In this document: positions 10,824 to 23,669 of the stretch, piece by piece
Layout: each line of letters starts with the position of its first letter
How positions within the stretch are numbered: the stretch's first letter is position 1
Source of the DNA: Geosiphon pyriformis uo1
Taxonomy: Eukaryota; Fungi; Glomeromycota
Assembly: GCA_016748015.1 (NCBI GenBank)
Contig: JAAOMT010000198.1
Span: forward strand, 542,519 to 600,258
Reading direction: 5' to 3'
DNA length: 57,740 nt
Made by a program: the position numbers and the translations under genes
Notes under the pieces: generated by a model
What the model saw: the letters and a program-made list of their open reading frames with translations, nothing else
Database searches by the model: none
What the model was told of the DNA's origin: nothing

Positions 10824-12692
10824 TTTTTTTTTCTCTTTGACTGCTACTACACAATTTACTATGTCTCAAATTTGGAAAAATAAGTTTTTTGCAAAGAAAC
10901 CTTTAATTATATTAAATTATTATTATTACAACAGATTTAAAAGTGTCTGATAACAACACCAACAGTGAAGTGACACCAGTCATGCAAAAAAGTACCAGTA
11001 TAGAGAGTACTGACTGTAAAATCCAAGTAAAGGGAAGCAAAACTTCCACTATAGAGAAAGAAAAAAATAACACAACTCTGCGAAATACAACAACAGTAAA
11101 AGCTATAAGACTAACTACATCTCCATTCAAGTTTGAAACTGTCAACAGACTATTTGGAAGTGTAAACACAAGTAGTAAAGACAACACACCTTTTAGAATA
11201 GCCAACACATCAAAAAAAACAGCTCCACATAGGCAAGCAGCAGACTTTTCTTCCACAACAGCCAACAGACTAGAGAAAAAAACTAATAATAAATACAGAC
11301 ACATTGGGAGAATAAGTGTTAAAGGTCTGACTGAAAGATTCAACCAAGTAATAGAAAAAGATTCATCTGAAAACACAACTCTTTAGACCAACAACTTTGT
11401 CTTGCAACCAATGTTTAACAAAGATGAAAACAGTAACAAATTTCAAATGGAAGCTTGGACTAGTGAAAAAGGTGCCTTAAAGTCCCTGAAAAAAATGGAT
11501 AAACCTCCAAAAACTACTAAAGGAGACAGTGAAAGAGCTACACAAATAGAGGCAGCTCTGAGGAAATACAATCCAAATATTTTGAACAGGATTAACAGTG
11601 AGAATTCTGTGGTAGAAATTGAGAAGCAAAGGGACAATCCATTTGTTACAAATGAAGATGAAGCAGATTTGGATGACAAAGCAGAGGACATGGAAGACTC
11701 TGAATTGGCCATGTCAAGCAGAATAAGGAGTCCAAACCCAAAGCAATATAGCAGCAAATCACTTAGCAAAAAACTCATGCTTATAAAACCAAACCATAAA
11801 GAAGGATGGAAGACTGTAGTGCATAGAACCAAGAGACATGTGCTCTTTGTACAGACATTGAATATACCTGAAAAGATTATGGAAAAGAAAGTAGAGTGGA
11901 TCTATGATCTTCTGTAATAGTAAAAAACCAGGAAATCCAAGTGGATTTTTCTCAAATAGCAGGGAGAGACTAAGCCAGAAAAATCTTAGCAGGAAAAAAA
12001 ATTGAATCTTTTTTGGCATTACCAACCAGGTGGCTAGTCAAAAAAAAGTTCTAGTAAGAGATATCCCTTTAGACATTTCAAACAAAGAAGTGGGAGCTGT
12101 CATGAAAAAATTTGGTGAGATTAAAAACATTCAAATCAAAGTGGCCAGAAAATGGCAATCAGTAGTGGTTGAATACATCAACCAAAAAGAAGCAAACAGA
12201 GCTGTGAACCAATGGTCAACTATGGTCAGGAAGGATGCAGTCAGAATTTACCTAATAATTAATACTCAAAAAACTATTAAACAGAGAAAAACCTGGAAAG
12301 CTAAACTAGTAGGTTTACCTTAAAACTGCACTGCTCACTACTTGAGTACCACTCTGGTTTAGATCAAAGCCCGAACTTGCTTTATCCTCAGAACTAGCAA
12401 GAATTACATAAGAATGGGCTGTGCTTACATTGGTTTTAATAGTGAAATTAGTTGCAACAGTACTACTATTAAGCCCTTAGTAATTGGAGACACATTGGTC
12501 CACTGGGTGTCCACTGATGCTAAAGAGTGCCATTTCTATTACCAAGTAGGGCATTTGGTCTCCAAATGTCCAACTTTACACAAGAAAAAAGAAGGAGATA
12601 ACAAAAAAATTATCAACAGCAAAGCTGTATGTTAGGAGGAAGCTTTTGGTAGAAAATCATATGCCGAAATGACTACACTCAGACCTCCCCAT
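10824..12692 (+). mobile_element. Second non-LTR family, degenerate ORF1 region, truncated by an LTR
   Basis: ATG 10861; VRDIPLDIS..FGEIKNIQIK..WQSVVVEY, KAKLVGLP, CHFYYQVGHLVSKC, KSYAE: same RRM-RRM-CCHC layout, very different sequence. 5' boundary approximate. Confidence 0.75.
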
Positions 12693-13335
12693 TGTTACAG
12701 GTTGGAGTAACAAGCTAATGGATAGCAAGAGAGAACAGGATTGTAGGGTGATGGAAATAATCAAAGAAAATTCAATTTTAAAGAGCAAATTGAATAAGTA
12801 TGGATTCAATGTGTGAGATCAGTCTCATAAAATATCTTAGGTGCTATACTTTTTAAAGATAACTGGGGAATCTGAAGGTAGAGGGATAGTCTATACTGTC
12901 AACAATTGATTACTGCTAGTATTAATTCTATGTCTTCACATCAGCACTCTTAGAATTCAATATTAGGTATTAATTTGTGCTTTTCAGTCACATTTATACA
13001 AATAGTCTTCAAATACTATAATTATTCAAACAGGAAAAGGCCAACAAGTAATCTTTTATCCTAAGATGTTTGGATACTTGAAGGTAGAAAAAAGAAAATT
13101 AGCAATAAGAGAGTGATTAAGATGAAAGTTGTTATTTTTATTTATTTGATTCTTGTCTGAGAGATGATTTTTTACAGCTAAGAGACTTATCACTTATATA
13201 GCTATTAAAAGTAGTCAATGACCAGGTTAACAACTAGGTCAATAATCACTATCTAAAAATAGAGTGGCTAATTATATGACATTAGTGACTAATACATGTG
13301 ATAACTAATAAAAATTATGGGTTTCAACCATAACA
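12693..13335 (-). repeat. 3' LTR of Gypsy C (643 bp)
   Basis: Reverse-complement homologue of 5926-6567, preceded by a PPT. Confidence 0.92.
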
Positions 13336-13961
13336 TCATCCTTTCTAAAGAGATTGAGCTCTGGTGAAATCAAGCTATTTATAGGGTATTCTAATTGAAG
13401 AGTTTTGTTTAACTCAAAACTAACTAGTTTGTTGAAGTCTTTTGTGGATAGAATATATAGTACTTGAGGCAAAATAAGCTTTGTATCCAAGAGACCAAAT
13501 CTTTGTATAAGAGTTTTGGCTCTTCTTGTAATGGTCAAAACTCTTGGGACATTTAAACATATAATGCCCAAAATTTCCACTTGTATCTCTGAAGTTGTTT
13601 TCTTCATGAGCTTCATTTCTTCTATGATTTCACCAAGACGACCATAGAGTTTTAATTGCCTTCTATATGACAAGTTTTTGTCTATGGGCAAGATTTCCTT
13701 AATCATTTTTCCAATTGTCATGGAAGATGTAAGTATTGCTGCTGTTATGCTTTCTAACAAATACTTATCCATTTTGCTACCAATTTTTTCTCTTCTGGTA
13801 GTGGTTTTCTTTGGTTTAATAACAGTATGTGTTCCACTGTTATTAGTTATGGTGGTTTGTTTTCCAATGATCAGAGTAGCATTTGGATAATTTTTGATCC
13901 AGTACTCATAGAGAGTGTAGAAAGCATTTTGAATGTTTTGATCTAGGAAATAATTGTTCAT
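13305..13961 (-). CDS. Gypsy C ORF3, uncharacterised 218-aa protein
   Basis: Intact ORF MNNYFLDQ...VETHNFY. ATG overlaps the integrase TGA (ATGA at 13961-13958); stop inside the LTR. Confidence 0.8.
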   Translation of the reverse strand: MNNYFLDQNIQNAFYTLYEYWIKNYPNATLIIGKQTTITNNSGTHTVIKPKKTTTRREKIGSKMDKYLLESITAAILTSSMTIGKMIKEILPIDKNLSYRRQLKLYGRLGEIIEEMKLMKKTTSEIQVEILGIICLNVPRVLTITRRAKTLIQRFGLLDTKLILPQVLYILSTKDFNKLVSFELNKTLQLEYPINSLISPELNLFRKDDVMVETHNFY

Positions 13962-15321
13962 GTTGATTGAAGATACCTCTGTTTTGGAAATGGTGCATTT
14001 ATTTATATCTGATTTTTGTTGATCATTTGGGTTGGTATTACCACAACAGGTAACCAATCAGGTCGTTTGTGATATTTCTTGAGTTGTGTGTCATAAACAG
14101 GACGATTATTAAAGATTGTTCCATATTGATCTTGTAAGATATAAGAACCATTGTTCAAAACTTTGTTGACTATAAAGGGTCCTTTCCACCGGCTAGAAAA
14201 TTTATTACCATAGACATTGTCTCTGTCTGAATGGTATTCTAAAACTAAGTTACCAACACTTAAGGAAAGTGTTTTATATGTTTTTTTTTTCTTAAGCTTC
14301 TCTTAAAATTGTTTTATCTTTTTAAAGGCAATTATCTATGCTTCTACTAATGAGTCAAGAATGGTACCAAGTCTTCTTTGCAAAATGTCTTTGTAATTTC
14401 CTATTGTTATTTGTTCAAAAGGTATTGTCTTAATGTTAGTTTCTATTGGTAGGGTTGCCATTTGTTCATAGAGTAGATAAAAGGGTTCATAACTTGTTAT
14501 GTCATGATTTACAGTTCTATAGGCAAACAAGACTGAAGGCAGTACTTTGTCCCATAAGTTTGTTTCTTTGCTGGTTTTGGCTAAGGTTTCACATAGTGTT
14601 CTATTGAAACGTTCTACTAGGCCATTTGTTTAGAAGTGATAAGAAGAGGAAAGTTTGTGACATATTTCCATTTTTCTGCAAAGTTCTTCAACAAGTATAC
14701 TGAGAAAAGCTCTTCCTTTATTAAATAAAAGTTCTTTGGGGCAGCCATGATGACAAATGATATTTTCATAAATGAAATTGGCTATTGAGACTGCTGTTTG
14801 GTCTGGAGTGGCTCTTGCTTCTACTCACTTTGTAAGATAGTCGGTAGCTGTGATAATATATCTGTTGCCATCAGGAGTTATTGTTAAAGGTCCAACAACA
14901 TCTATACCAATTCTGTCAAAGGGTTAACCAACAGAGATTGGATGAATATCTTCTTTGCAATTGGGTTTTCTTCTTTTTTGGCAGATATCACAGGTTTTGA
15001 TGTATTCAGCAATGTTTTTTCCCAAGGTAGGCCAATAATAGCAAGCTAGAGTTTTCTGAATTGTTTTTGTTTTTCTAAAGTGTCCAGCTAATAGATCATG
15101 TGCATATTGTAGATCACAATTTCTCTTTCTTCAAATCTGATAACTCTCTGGGGGTGGTCAGAATTTTTTTTATTTTTTTTATAAAGTTAGTTCTGGCAAA
15201 TCAAATAGAAATTTGATTGTTTGCACAAATGTTCTCTTTGTTGTCATGTGTATTTCGGTGGGTATTGTCCTTTACCCAAAAATTCTATTAAGGCAGAGTA
15301 GTTGTCCAAGTCTATTATCAT
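13958..15321 (-). pseudogene. Gypsy C integrase (separate ORF)
   Basis: MIIDLDNYSAL start, zinc domain, core, GPF module; ends QRYLQST-TGA. Multiple stops. Confidence 0.88.
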
Positions 15322-15382
15322 GTTTGTTAAAAAGGGGAAATTACTAATAATTAAGTTGGTTTGGTTTGAGAGGGTTGTTCTG

Positions 15383-18300
15383 TCACAAGATGGTAAGTCT
15401 GGAGAAAGCGTCGGCATTTTGATGATTACCTCTTTTGCAATATTGAATATTATAGTCAAATTCATTCAAGTGGAGTATCTAGTGAGTTATCTGTTTGTGT
15501 TCTAGCCTTTTTTTGTTGTACAGCCAAACCAAAGCTTGGTGATCTGTTACCACCAAAAACTTCACACCAAGAAGATACTTACTCCAGTAATTGGTGGACC
15601 ATACTACTGCTAAGCATTCTTGTTCAGTGACTGAATAGTTTTGTTCTGCTGGGGAAAGGGTTCTACTGGCATAGACTATGGCATATTTTTTGTCATTTTC
15701 ATCTTTCTGGGAGAGAACAGCACCAAGTCCAAAGCCAGATGTATCAGTGTGGAAGATAAAGGGTCGATCTAGATCAGATTGCTTGAGGCTGAGTTCTGTA
15801 ACCAGTTTTTCCTTTAAAGTTTCAAAGGCTTTTTGCTAATGTGTTCTCCAATGGTAATTGACATTTTTCCTGAGTAGCTGATTGAGAAGAGAGGCAATTT
15901 TGGAGAAATTCTTGACAAATTTGCGATAATAAGAGGCCAAACCAAGAAAAGAGCGTAGTTCATGAATGTTCATTGGTTGTTTGATGTTTTGGACTTTTTC
16001 AACTTTGGCTGGATCAGGAAAGATTTCATCTTTTGTGATAAGATGACCAAGGAACTGGGTGGATTGTCTTCCAAAAAAAGATTTGATTGGGTTGATCTTG
16101 AGGCCAGCATTTCTGAGGAGGTCAAAAACCTTTTGCAAATGTTCCAGGTGTTCATTTCAGGTTTTTGAGTATACTATTATGTCGTCCAAATAGACTAGAA
16201 CAAAGTTTTTCTTGACTGATTTAAATACTTTATCCATTAAGCATTGAAAGATGGGAGGGGCATTGGTGAGACCAAAAGGCATGACTGTGAATTCATAAGT
16301 GCTATACTTGGTGATAAAAGTGGTTTTCTTCCAGCTTTCTGGATTCATCTCTACTTGCCAGAATCCAGCAGTTAGATCAATGGTTGAAAAGAAAACAGCA
16401 TCTTTGAATTGGTCCAGCATTGCATCAATCTTGAGAAGTGAGTACATGTCTCTTTCAGTAATTGCATTTAATTGGTGGTAGTTGACACAGAAGTGTAGTG
16501 TTCCACCTTTTTTGGATACCACTATAACTGGAAAAGCCCATTTACTCTTGGTTTCTTGTATGAATCCAAGTTCTTTCATCCAGTTTATTTCTTTCTTAAT
16601 AAACTCATCATTGTGCCAATTGGATTAATATGGCTTCAAATGGATGGGGCAAGTTTCTCTGGTGGTAATAGTGTGTTGTATCACATAAATACATCCAGGT
16701 GTATCACCTTCTTTTAAGATAACTGGGCTATTTCTAGCCAACAGATTTTTAATATCCACTTTTCTTTTTTCAGGAGAAGGTTCTTTTTGTTCTATAACTA
16801 TTAATTGGATTTCAGATGATTTACTCTTAAAGGACTTCTGTACTTTTTTTAGTTCTTCTCTGGGTATCAAACTAATTGGCTCCCAATTTTTGTAATAGAT
16901 TAGACAAAACTTGCATTCATTACTAGGAGAATACAAAGGTTTATTGCACCAGCACCTGGCACAAAGATCATGCTACCAATAACTGTATTTTGCTTTCTTG
17001 CCAGGTTTTCTATTAAAGATTCTTTTGAGAATATTATAGTAGGGCCAGCAGATCAGCTTGCCATTTACCATAATTCCTTTTTTGTCAGCTTTAACATTGT
17101 CTAATGATTTGTCATTGCTGATGAAGATAGTATCGGCAAATTCAACAGTTTTTTTTTGTTCTTCTTGATCTTTTTCTTCATTACTCTCATCATCATCTGA
17201 TTCATCTGATTGTTTTTCTTCTTGGTTTTGCTTGGATATTAAAAAAGTTGTCCAATGGCAACATTTAACCACAATGGGTTTTTCACTACATCTGATGATT
17301 AGCTCACAAAGTTCATAATCAAGTAATGTTTTAGCTTTCTTAAGCCACTTGTTGCCAACAATTATAGTGTACTCTTTTATTTCAGATACTTATATATCAG
17401 TTTCAATGCTGATACTATTGATGTGAACAGAAATAGCTTTGGCTATGTCTAGGTTTTTCTTCTTGTCACCATATATATTGTTCATTGGTCGAATAGAAGA
17501 CTCATCAATTTTTCTGCCAATTGCTTCAAAAAAGTGTTTGGAAATTACATTAACAAATGATCCACTGTCTAGGATCAGATCAATAAAATAACCAGCTGCT
17601 TGAGCTTTACAAATCAGAAAGGTAACATTGCTGTTATCAGTGAGTTCAATTTGGCAAGATCATTTATTGATCTTTGGTATTTTTTTCTTTGGTATTAATG
17701 ATTTGTGAAGATTTTTTCTGAACTGTAAATGAGTTATTAGTTGGCCAAATGTAATGTGTGTTGGGGTTTCCATAAGATCTTTAACAACAAAATAGGGGCC
17801 AGATTTTTGTACTATTTTTGAAGATTCTAGCTTTGGAGAATTTTTAAAAACTTTAGCTTTTGGGGGCTTATTGTTATTAGTATTTGATGTGAAAATTTTC
17901 TTTGGATTTATAACAAAATTAATCTTGGCTTTCTTCTTCTTTCTTGTTGATTCAGAAGTGTTGATTGCTAGTTTATTTATGTCATGGTCATTATCAGTTA
18001 GGTTAAAAGCATAAAAGAAGTTTTCTTCTGGTTGGTTTGCACTTTTACTCTTTGGAGGTGCGCCTATCAGTTTAAAGGCTGATAAATAGTGGCTTCAACT
18101 AAGGAATTCTCTCCAAAGAAATTGATGTTGGCATGATTGGATCTTTGGTTGGGAACATTGTTGTTAGTGGTTCTGTTGTTTTGATTGTTATTGTTTCTGA
18201 AGACTAAAGGAGACAGAGGAGGACTATTACAATCTCTAGAGAAATGTCCAGTTAATCCACAGCAATAACACACAGGTAAGCCATGATTTTGTTGTCTTTG

Positions 18301-19616
18301 ATAAGGGGATTGCTAGGGTTGATTAAAATGGGGTTCAAATTTGGGTCTTTGGAGTTGTTGATTTTCTTTAATTGCTTAAGCTAAGGGTTCTAATAAACAG
18401 GCAAAATTGGCTGTAAGTCTATCTATCAATTGTTCATTGGGATCTGAAGTTTGGGCAGTAAAAGAAGTGGCAGCCATTTGAGAAGCAGGGACCATAACAG
18501 GAACAGAAGCAAAAACTGGAAATGTAGATCCCAAATGCATCTTTTAATTGTTTTTAATTTGTTGGGCTAGTTCAACAGCCATATTTATTGTGGAATTGTC
18601 TTTTAGGGCCAGAAAAGGCCAAAAAGCATAGAACAGATCTGTTCTTAATTCTTTGTAAAGGAATAGATATTTTGTTCTTCTGTCCAGTTTTTTTCAGAGT
18701 CTACCTGCTTGATTAATTTTCTAATTGCTTTTGCATATTTAGTTACAGCTTTACCAGAACCTTGGGTTCTTCTTTTTAATTCTATGCACCATTTAGATAT
18801 CAAGATAGAAGTTCTAAATTTCATTTCAAACTGAATAGTAAAAAAGATGTTGTCTTTTCCAATATTTGCTGGTGCTTATCTAATGATTTTTTATTGAGTA
18901 TTGGCATTGGTTTTTTGTGAGAACCAAGTAGTAAGAAAGTCTTGGAAATAGCCACCAATGATTTGGAACTTGTATTTATTATCATATTGGTTGGCTGTGA
19001 CAGCTCTTTCAAAGTCATCCAATCATTCAATTAGATCTTGTGTATTGTCTCTGAATAATAGTAGTGGGGTATTGTTTTTTCGCCTTAGAGCAGTTTGTAT
19101 GTCTTGAAGAGCAATCAGAATGTTTTGTTGTATGGGGTCATTAGCTATTGGTTTAGGGGTAACTGTTTGTGTGAATAAATCTGATTTGCTTGATAAAAGG
19201 TCAAAAACAGAAGCAGTTTGGTAGCTTTCTTCTTCTGTTTCAAAGAGAGTTTCAGTTGCTTGATGGGCAGCAATTCAAATGTGAATTTGATGATTCAAAT
19301 ATTCGAAATCAGAAGGCTGTTGTTCAAAAATTGTGAAGTATAAAAGCTGATTGATACTGTTGTTTTTTTCTTCAAAGTTGTCTTCAAAATAAGCTTGGTC
19401 AAAGTAATAGGTTGTGTAGACTGTATAGGTTTCAGCTAAATGCTTGTTCAGAAACCAGTTCTAAAAATCTTGGAATTGTCTGCTGGATTGTTTTTCAATG
19501 AGGAAGCAAATCAAGCAGGAGGACAAAAGATTAAGTTCAATAAAGTCTATATTATTTTTGTTGTGTGCTTCAAAGTGTTTTTCTAATTGTTGTGGCAGGT
19601 ATGAAAAATTATTCAT
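15383..19616 (-). pseudogene. Gypsy C Gag-protease-RT-RNase H (disrupted)
   Basis: ATG 19616; capsid-like region ~18600-19070; CCHC ~18230-18270; DSG protease; YLDD; RNase H ending NADAFSRLTIL-TGA (15385-15383). Confidence 0.88.
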
Positions 19617-19645
19617 ACAATAAGAAACAAAGTAAATTTTGACAA

Positions 19646-19662
19646 CTTCACAGGGAGCACCA
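19646..19662 (-). promoter_or_regulatory. Primer-binding site of Gypsy C
   Basis: TGGTGCTCCCTGTGAAG, 6 nt downstream of the 5' LTR; complementary to a tRNA ending ...GGAGCA-CCA. tRNA identity not determined. Confidence 0.75.
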
Positions 19663-19668
19663 CTTTTA

Positions 19669-20321
19669 TGTTACAGGTTAGAGTAACAAGCTAACAAATA
19701 GCAAGGGAAAACAGGATTGTAGGGTAATAAAAGGAATCAAAGAGAATTCAACTTCAAAGAGCAAATTGAATAAGTATGAATTCAATATGTGAAATCAGTT
19801 TCATAAAATATCTCAGTCACTATACTTTTTAAAGATAATTAGAGAATCTGAAAGTAGAGGGATAGTCTATATTGTTAACAAATGATCACACACTAATATA
19901 ATTTTATGTTTTACATCAGTGCTCTTAAAATTTAATATCAGATATTAGATGTACTATTTAGTCACATTTTATTCAATAATCTTTAAATACTGCAATTACA
20001 CATTTCAGAAAAAGGGTAAGTAAAGGCCAACAAATATTTTTTATTCCAAGATGTTCAGATATTTAAAGGTAGGAAAAGGGAAATTAGTGATAAGAGAAGG
20101 ATTGAAATAAAGTTGTTATTTTTTTTATTTGATTTTTTGGATTTCTACATGCTTTTCTACAGCTAAGAGATTTATTGCTTATATAGCTATTAAAAGTGAT
20201 CAATGATCAGATTAATGATTAGGTCAATGATCATTTTCTAAAAATAGAGTGGCTAATTTATGTGACATCAGTGGCTAATATATGTAATAATTAATAAGAA
20301 GTATAAGTTTCAACTGTAATA
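19669..20321 (-). repeat. 5' LTR of Gypsy C (653 bp)
   Basis: Homologous to the other two A/C LTRs; terminal TG mutated to TA. Confidence 0.9.
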
Positions 20322-20758
20322 TTACCATAGTAATTATAAGTATCTGCTGCTGTTTTTTGGATTTTTTGGCCTTTTTAGCCATTTACAAAGTAGTAATAAT
20401 AATAGTAGTAGTAATAGGAATGGTAAAAGCAAGAAAAACCAATTTATTAACTGGTTTGTTAATAAAAATCTTTGGGCTTTTAGAAATAATAGAAACAATA
20501 CTAAGACTAATTCAAGTGTGTTTTTTTAAAAAAACTTTAACAGAAAAAGAATCATTAGTTAAAGATAAAAAAAATGAACTAGAAGTTACTAAAAGCAGCT
20601 TTTCATTAATGTTTTTTAGAAAAAATATAACCAGAATATTTTGTTTAACTGTTTTAATAACAAAAAAACTTTTTTATGTTAAAACTTTAATAATTACTAT
20701 AGAAAAAGTAATATTTGCAATTTTTTTACTTTTAGCTCTTATTGTGATCATAAAAATT
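20322..20758 (-). mobile_element. ORF1-only element copy 4 (5' fragment, strongly C>T/G>A mutated)
   Basis: Colinear with 4040-4470; ATG at 20751. Confidence 0.85.
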
Positions 20759-23669
20759 ACTACAATAAATCATAAAAAATAATAAAAAAATTATTTTGTT
20801 TAACATGCATTCTAATCTGACAATAGAACACTTTAACAAAAATATTACTTTAGAAAAAACAATTAATCTATATTATTGGCTAATAATATATAAGAATATC
20901 TTTAAATATGTCTTTAATTGTAACTTTTACCAAAGAAAAAAAGGAGCCAAAATAATAGAACCACTTCAATTTATTCCAGTTGAAAATTAATTTAATAAAA
21001 TTGGAATTGATTTGGTTAAAATTTTCTCAATTATCTTTAAAAAAAATTGTTATATTACTATATTTATAGACTATTTTACTAAATAGTCTGAAGTTAGAGC
21101 TATTTAAGTGACAAATGCCAAAACAATAGTCGAATTTGTATATTAAAATCTGATTTGTCAATATAAATGCCTAAAAAAATTATTATTTAACCAAAAAACT
21201 TATTTTGTTAATAGTATATTTGTTAAACTAAGCCAATAATTTAGAATAAAATAACTATTATTATTATTATCATCATATTACTTTCAAATAAACAGACTGG
21301 TAGAATAATTTAACTAAATATTGTATAAAACATTAACAAAAATAAGTTATAAAATACATAAAAATAAGACTTATTTATATTTTTAGTATTATTTTTATAT
21401 CAAATATTAAAGCAAAATATTATTCAGTTTATATCAATCAAATTAGTCTATAAACAAAAAACTACACTATTTATTGAACAAAAAAGATTTTTCTTTCTAA
21501 TAAAAACAATTACTGGAAAAAATTTTAAATTTATTTTGTATTAAAAAATATACTAATTTATAAAAATATTGGAAAACAATTGTAAAACAACAGTTGATAA
21601 TATTAGCAATACTCAAAAATAACAAAAAAAAAGACATAATAATCACTTATTAAATTAACTAATTGAATTCAAAATTGGAAACCAAGTATTGTTATATTAT
21701 ACTAAATTTAAAAAACAGTAAAATAAAAAGTTTGATCTAAAGTAGAACAAATTATTTTATATACACAAAATTTTGAACAACAGAGCTTACAAATTACAAT
21801 TAAAAAACAGAATTTTAAAAAAAGCCACACATAAAAATTGTCTAAAAATATATTATACAACATAAAAATTATTATTATTTGTATTTTAACTAAGAACACA
21901 AATTTTATTAATCAAACCAGAAAATATATTATAAAATCTAGAACCAATTATTATTATCAAACACAATTTACATAATACAATTTGAATTACATAAAATAAA
22001 TATATAAATACTAAGAAGATAAAAAAGAAGTTAATAATACTTACAACATAAATCTCTTAAACAAAATCTTGAAACTTTTACAACAATTATTTAAAACAAT
22101 TCAACAATCTATAATACTAATAAAAATTATAATTGATAAAAAAAAAATACAATACAGAAATACAAATAAAAAAAAGATGGACAAGAGTTTAACTAGAATT
22201 AAATATTCTTATTTCTACAAACAATTAAAGAAAAAAAAACATGTAGTTTTATACACTTAAAAAAATCAAAAAAATTTTGAACAAAACTATTTATAAAACC
22301 AAACATAAAAAATTAAACACCAAAAATCTTTAAAGCTTAAAAAAAAAGACTTTTACTAACTTATTGGTTTTTTAAAATTGGTAAAATACTAGACTTATAA
22401 ACATTATACTTAAATATTAATAAACAAATATTTAATAAAAAAGCTCTTAAACAAGTAAAAAAATTTGTTAAAAAAAACAACTTGATACTATATTATAAAG
22501 CAATATACCAATTGTATTTAGTATTTAAATACTGTTCAGCTATACTATTAGACAATTTACTAAAGGTTATTACAGTTAACAACATAAAACAAATAACAAA
22601 TTTATAATTTAAAGACTTACAAAAAGCAATATTTGACACAACAATTAAACATTATATCAATAAAACAATTTTTACAAATAAATACAATTTTACAAAAGAT
22701 TAATTTTAAAAGAAAAAAATAATATTACCCAAATAGAAAAACCAATTCAAAGCTATTAAAAAAATATTATTAACATATAAAAACATAATAATACAAAATA
22801 ATACATAATAACTTAAAATAATACAAAATAATATACAATAACATAAAATAACACATAATAATTAATTATAATATAGAATAACTAATTATAAAGCAATAAA
22901 AAAAATAATAAGCAATAGTTAATAATAACAAACAATCAAAAACAATCTTATAAAACTAGAAAATATATATAAAAACAAATAGTTTAGTAAATAGAAAAAA
23001 AAAAACTCTCCAATTTTTTTTAACATATCTTATTTTTTTTATATTTTTATATTTATTATTAAATAAAAATATTATTTAATTTATTTGTACATAATCACAG
23101 AATTTGTGTTGTTAAAATTAAATTAATTATTTTTTTTATTTTTATTTTATATTAGATGCTATTAGCATAAACAATTTTAGAATTTTAACAATTTGAACTA
23201 ATTATTTTTAATTATAATAATTAACAATACTAATTTCTTTTTTTCTTTTCACTTATGTCTATTTTTTATTTTTTATTTTTTTTTGTAAAGCAACAACAAA
23301 AAAAATAGACTGTTTAAAAATAGATTTTGTAATAATCTGGTAAAAAAAAGAAGTTTTTTTTAGATTTGAATATTAATTTTATTTTGTTAGTTTACTAAAA
23401 AAGCAAAAAAACAATATTAGACCTTAGCAATTACACTCAATTAGTTTGAAAAAAATAGTTCATATTTCTTAATTACAAATTGTCAAGATGTATTTTTGTG
23501 CTTTATAACCAAAGAACTTTACAAGTAAATTTATATATAATAAAAATTTTTAGAAATCAATAAAATTTTAGCACATTTTTTATGTAATTAAAAGAAACTT
23601 TACAGTTTTTTTACTTAAATTCAGAGCACCAAATATTACTATAATATTCTACCAAGTTTATTTGTAACA
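20759..23669 (+). mobile_element. Highly degenerate Gypsy relic E (integrase, ORF3 relic, PPT, probable 3' LTR ~22723-23669)
   Basis: FNMHSN..HF..CNFYQ, IGIDLV; NLEPIIII C-terminus like element D; aaaagaaaaaaataa-tattac PPT/LTR start at 22723. gtaaca at 23664-23669 is a tentative LTR end. Confidence 0.7.

Larger units (their letters stand above)
12693..20321 (-). mobile_element. Ty3/Gypsy copy C, LTR to LTR (~7.6 kb), degenerate, probably chimeric
   Basis: Two LTRs, PBS, gag with CYCCGLTGHFSRDC knuckle, protease LILDSGS (~17570), RT, RNase H, integrase, ORF3, PPT. No matching TSD. Confidence 0.93.
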
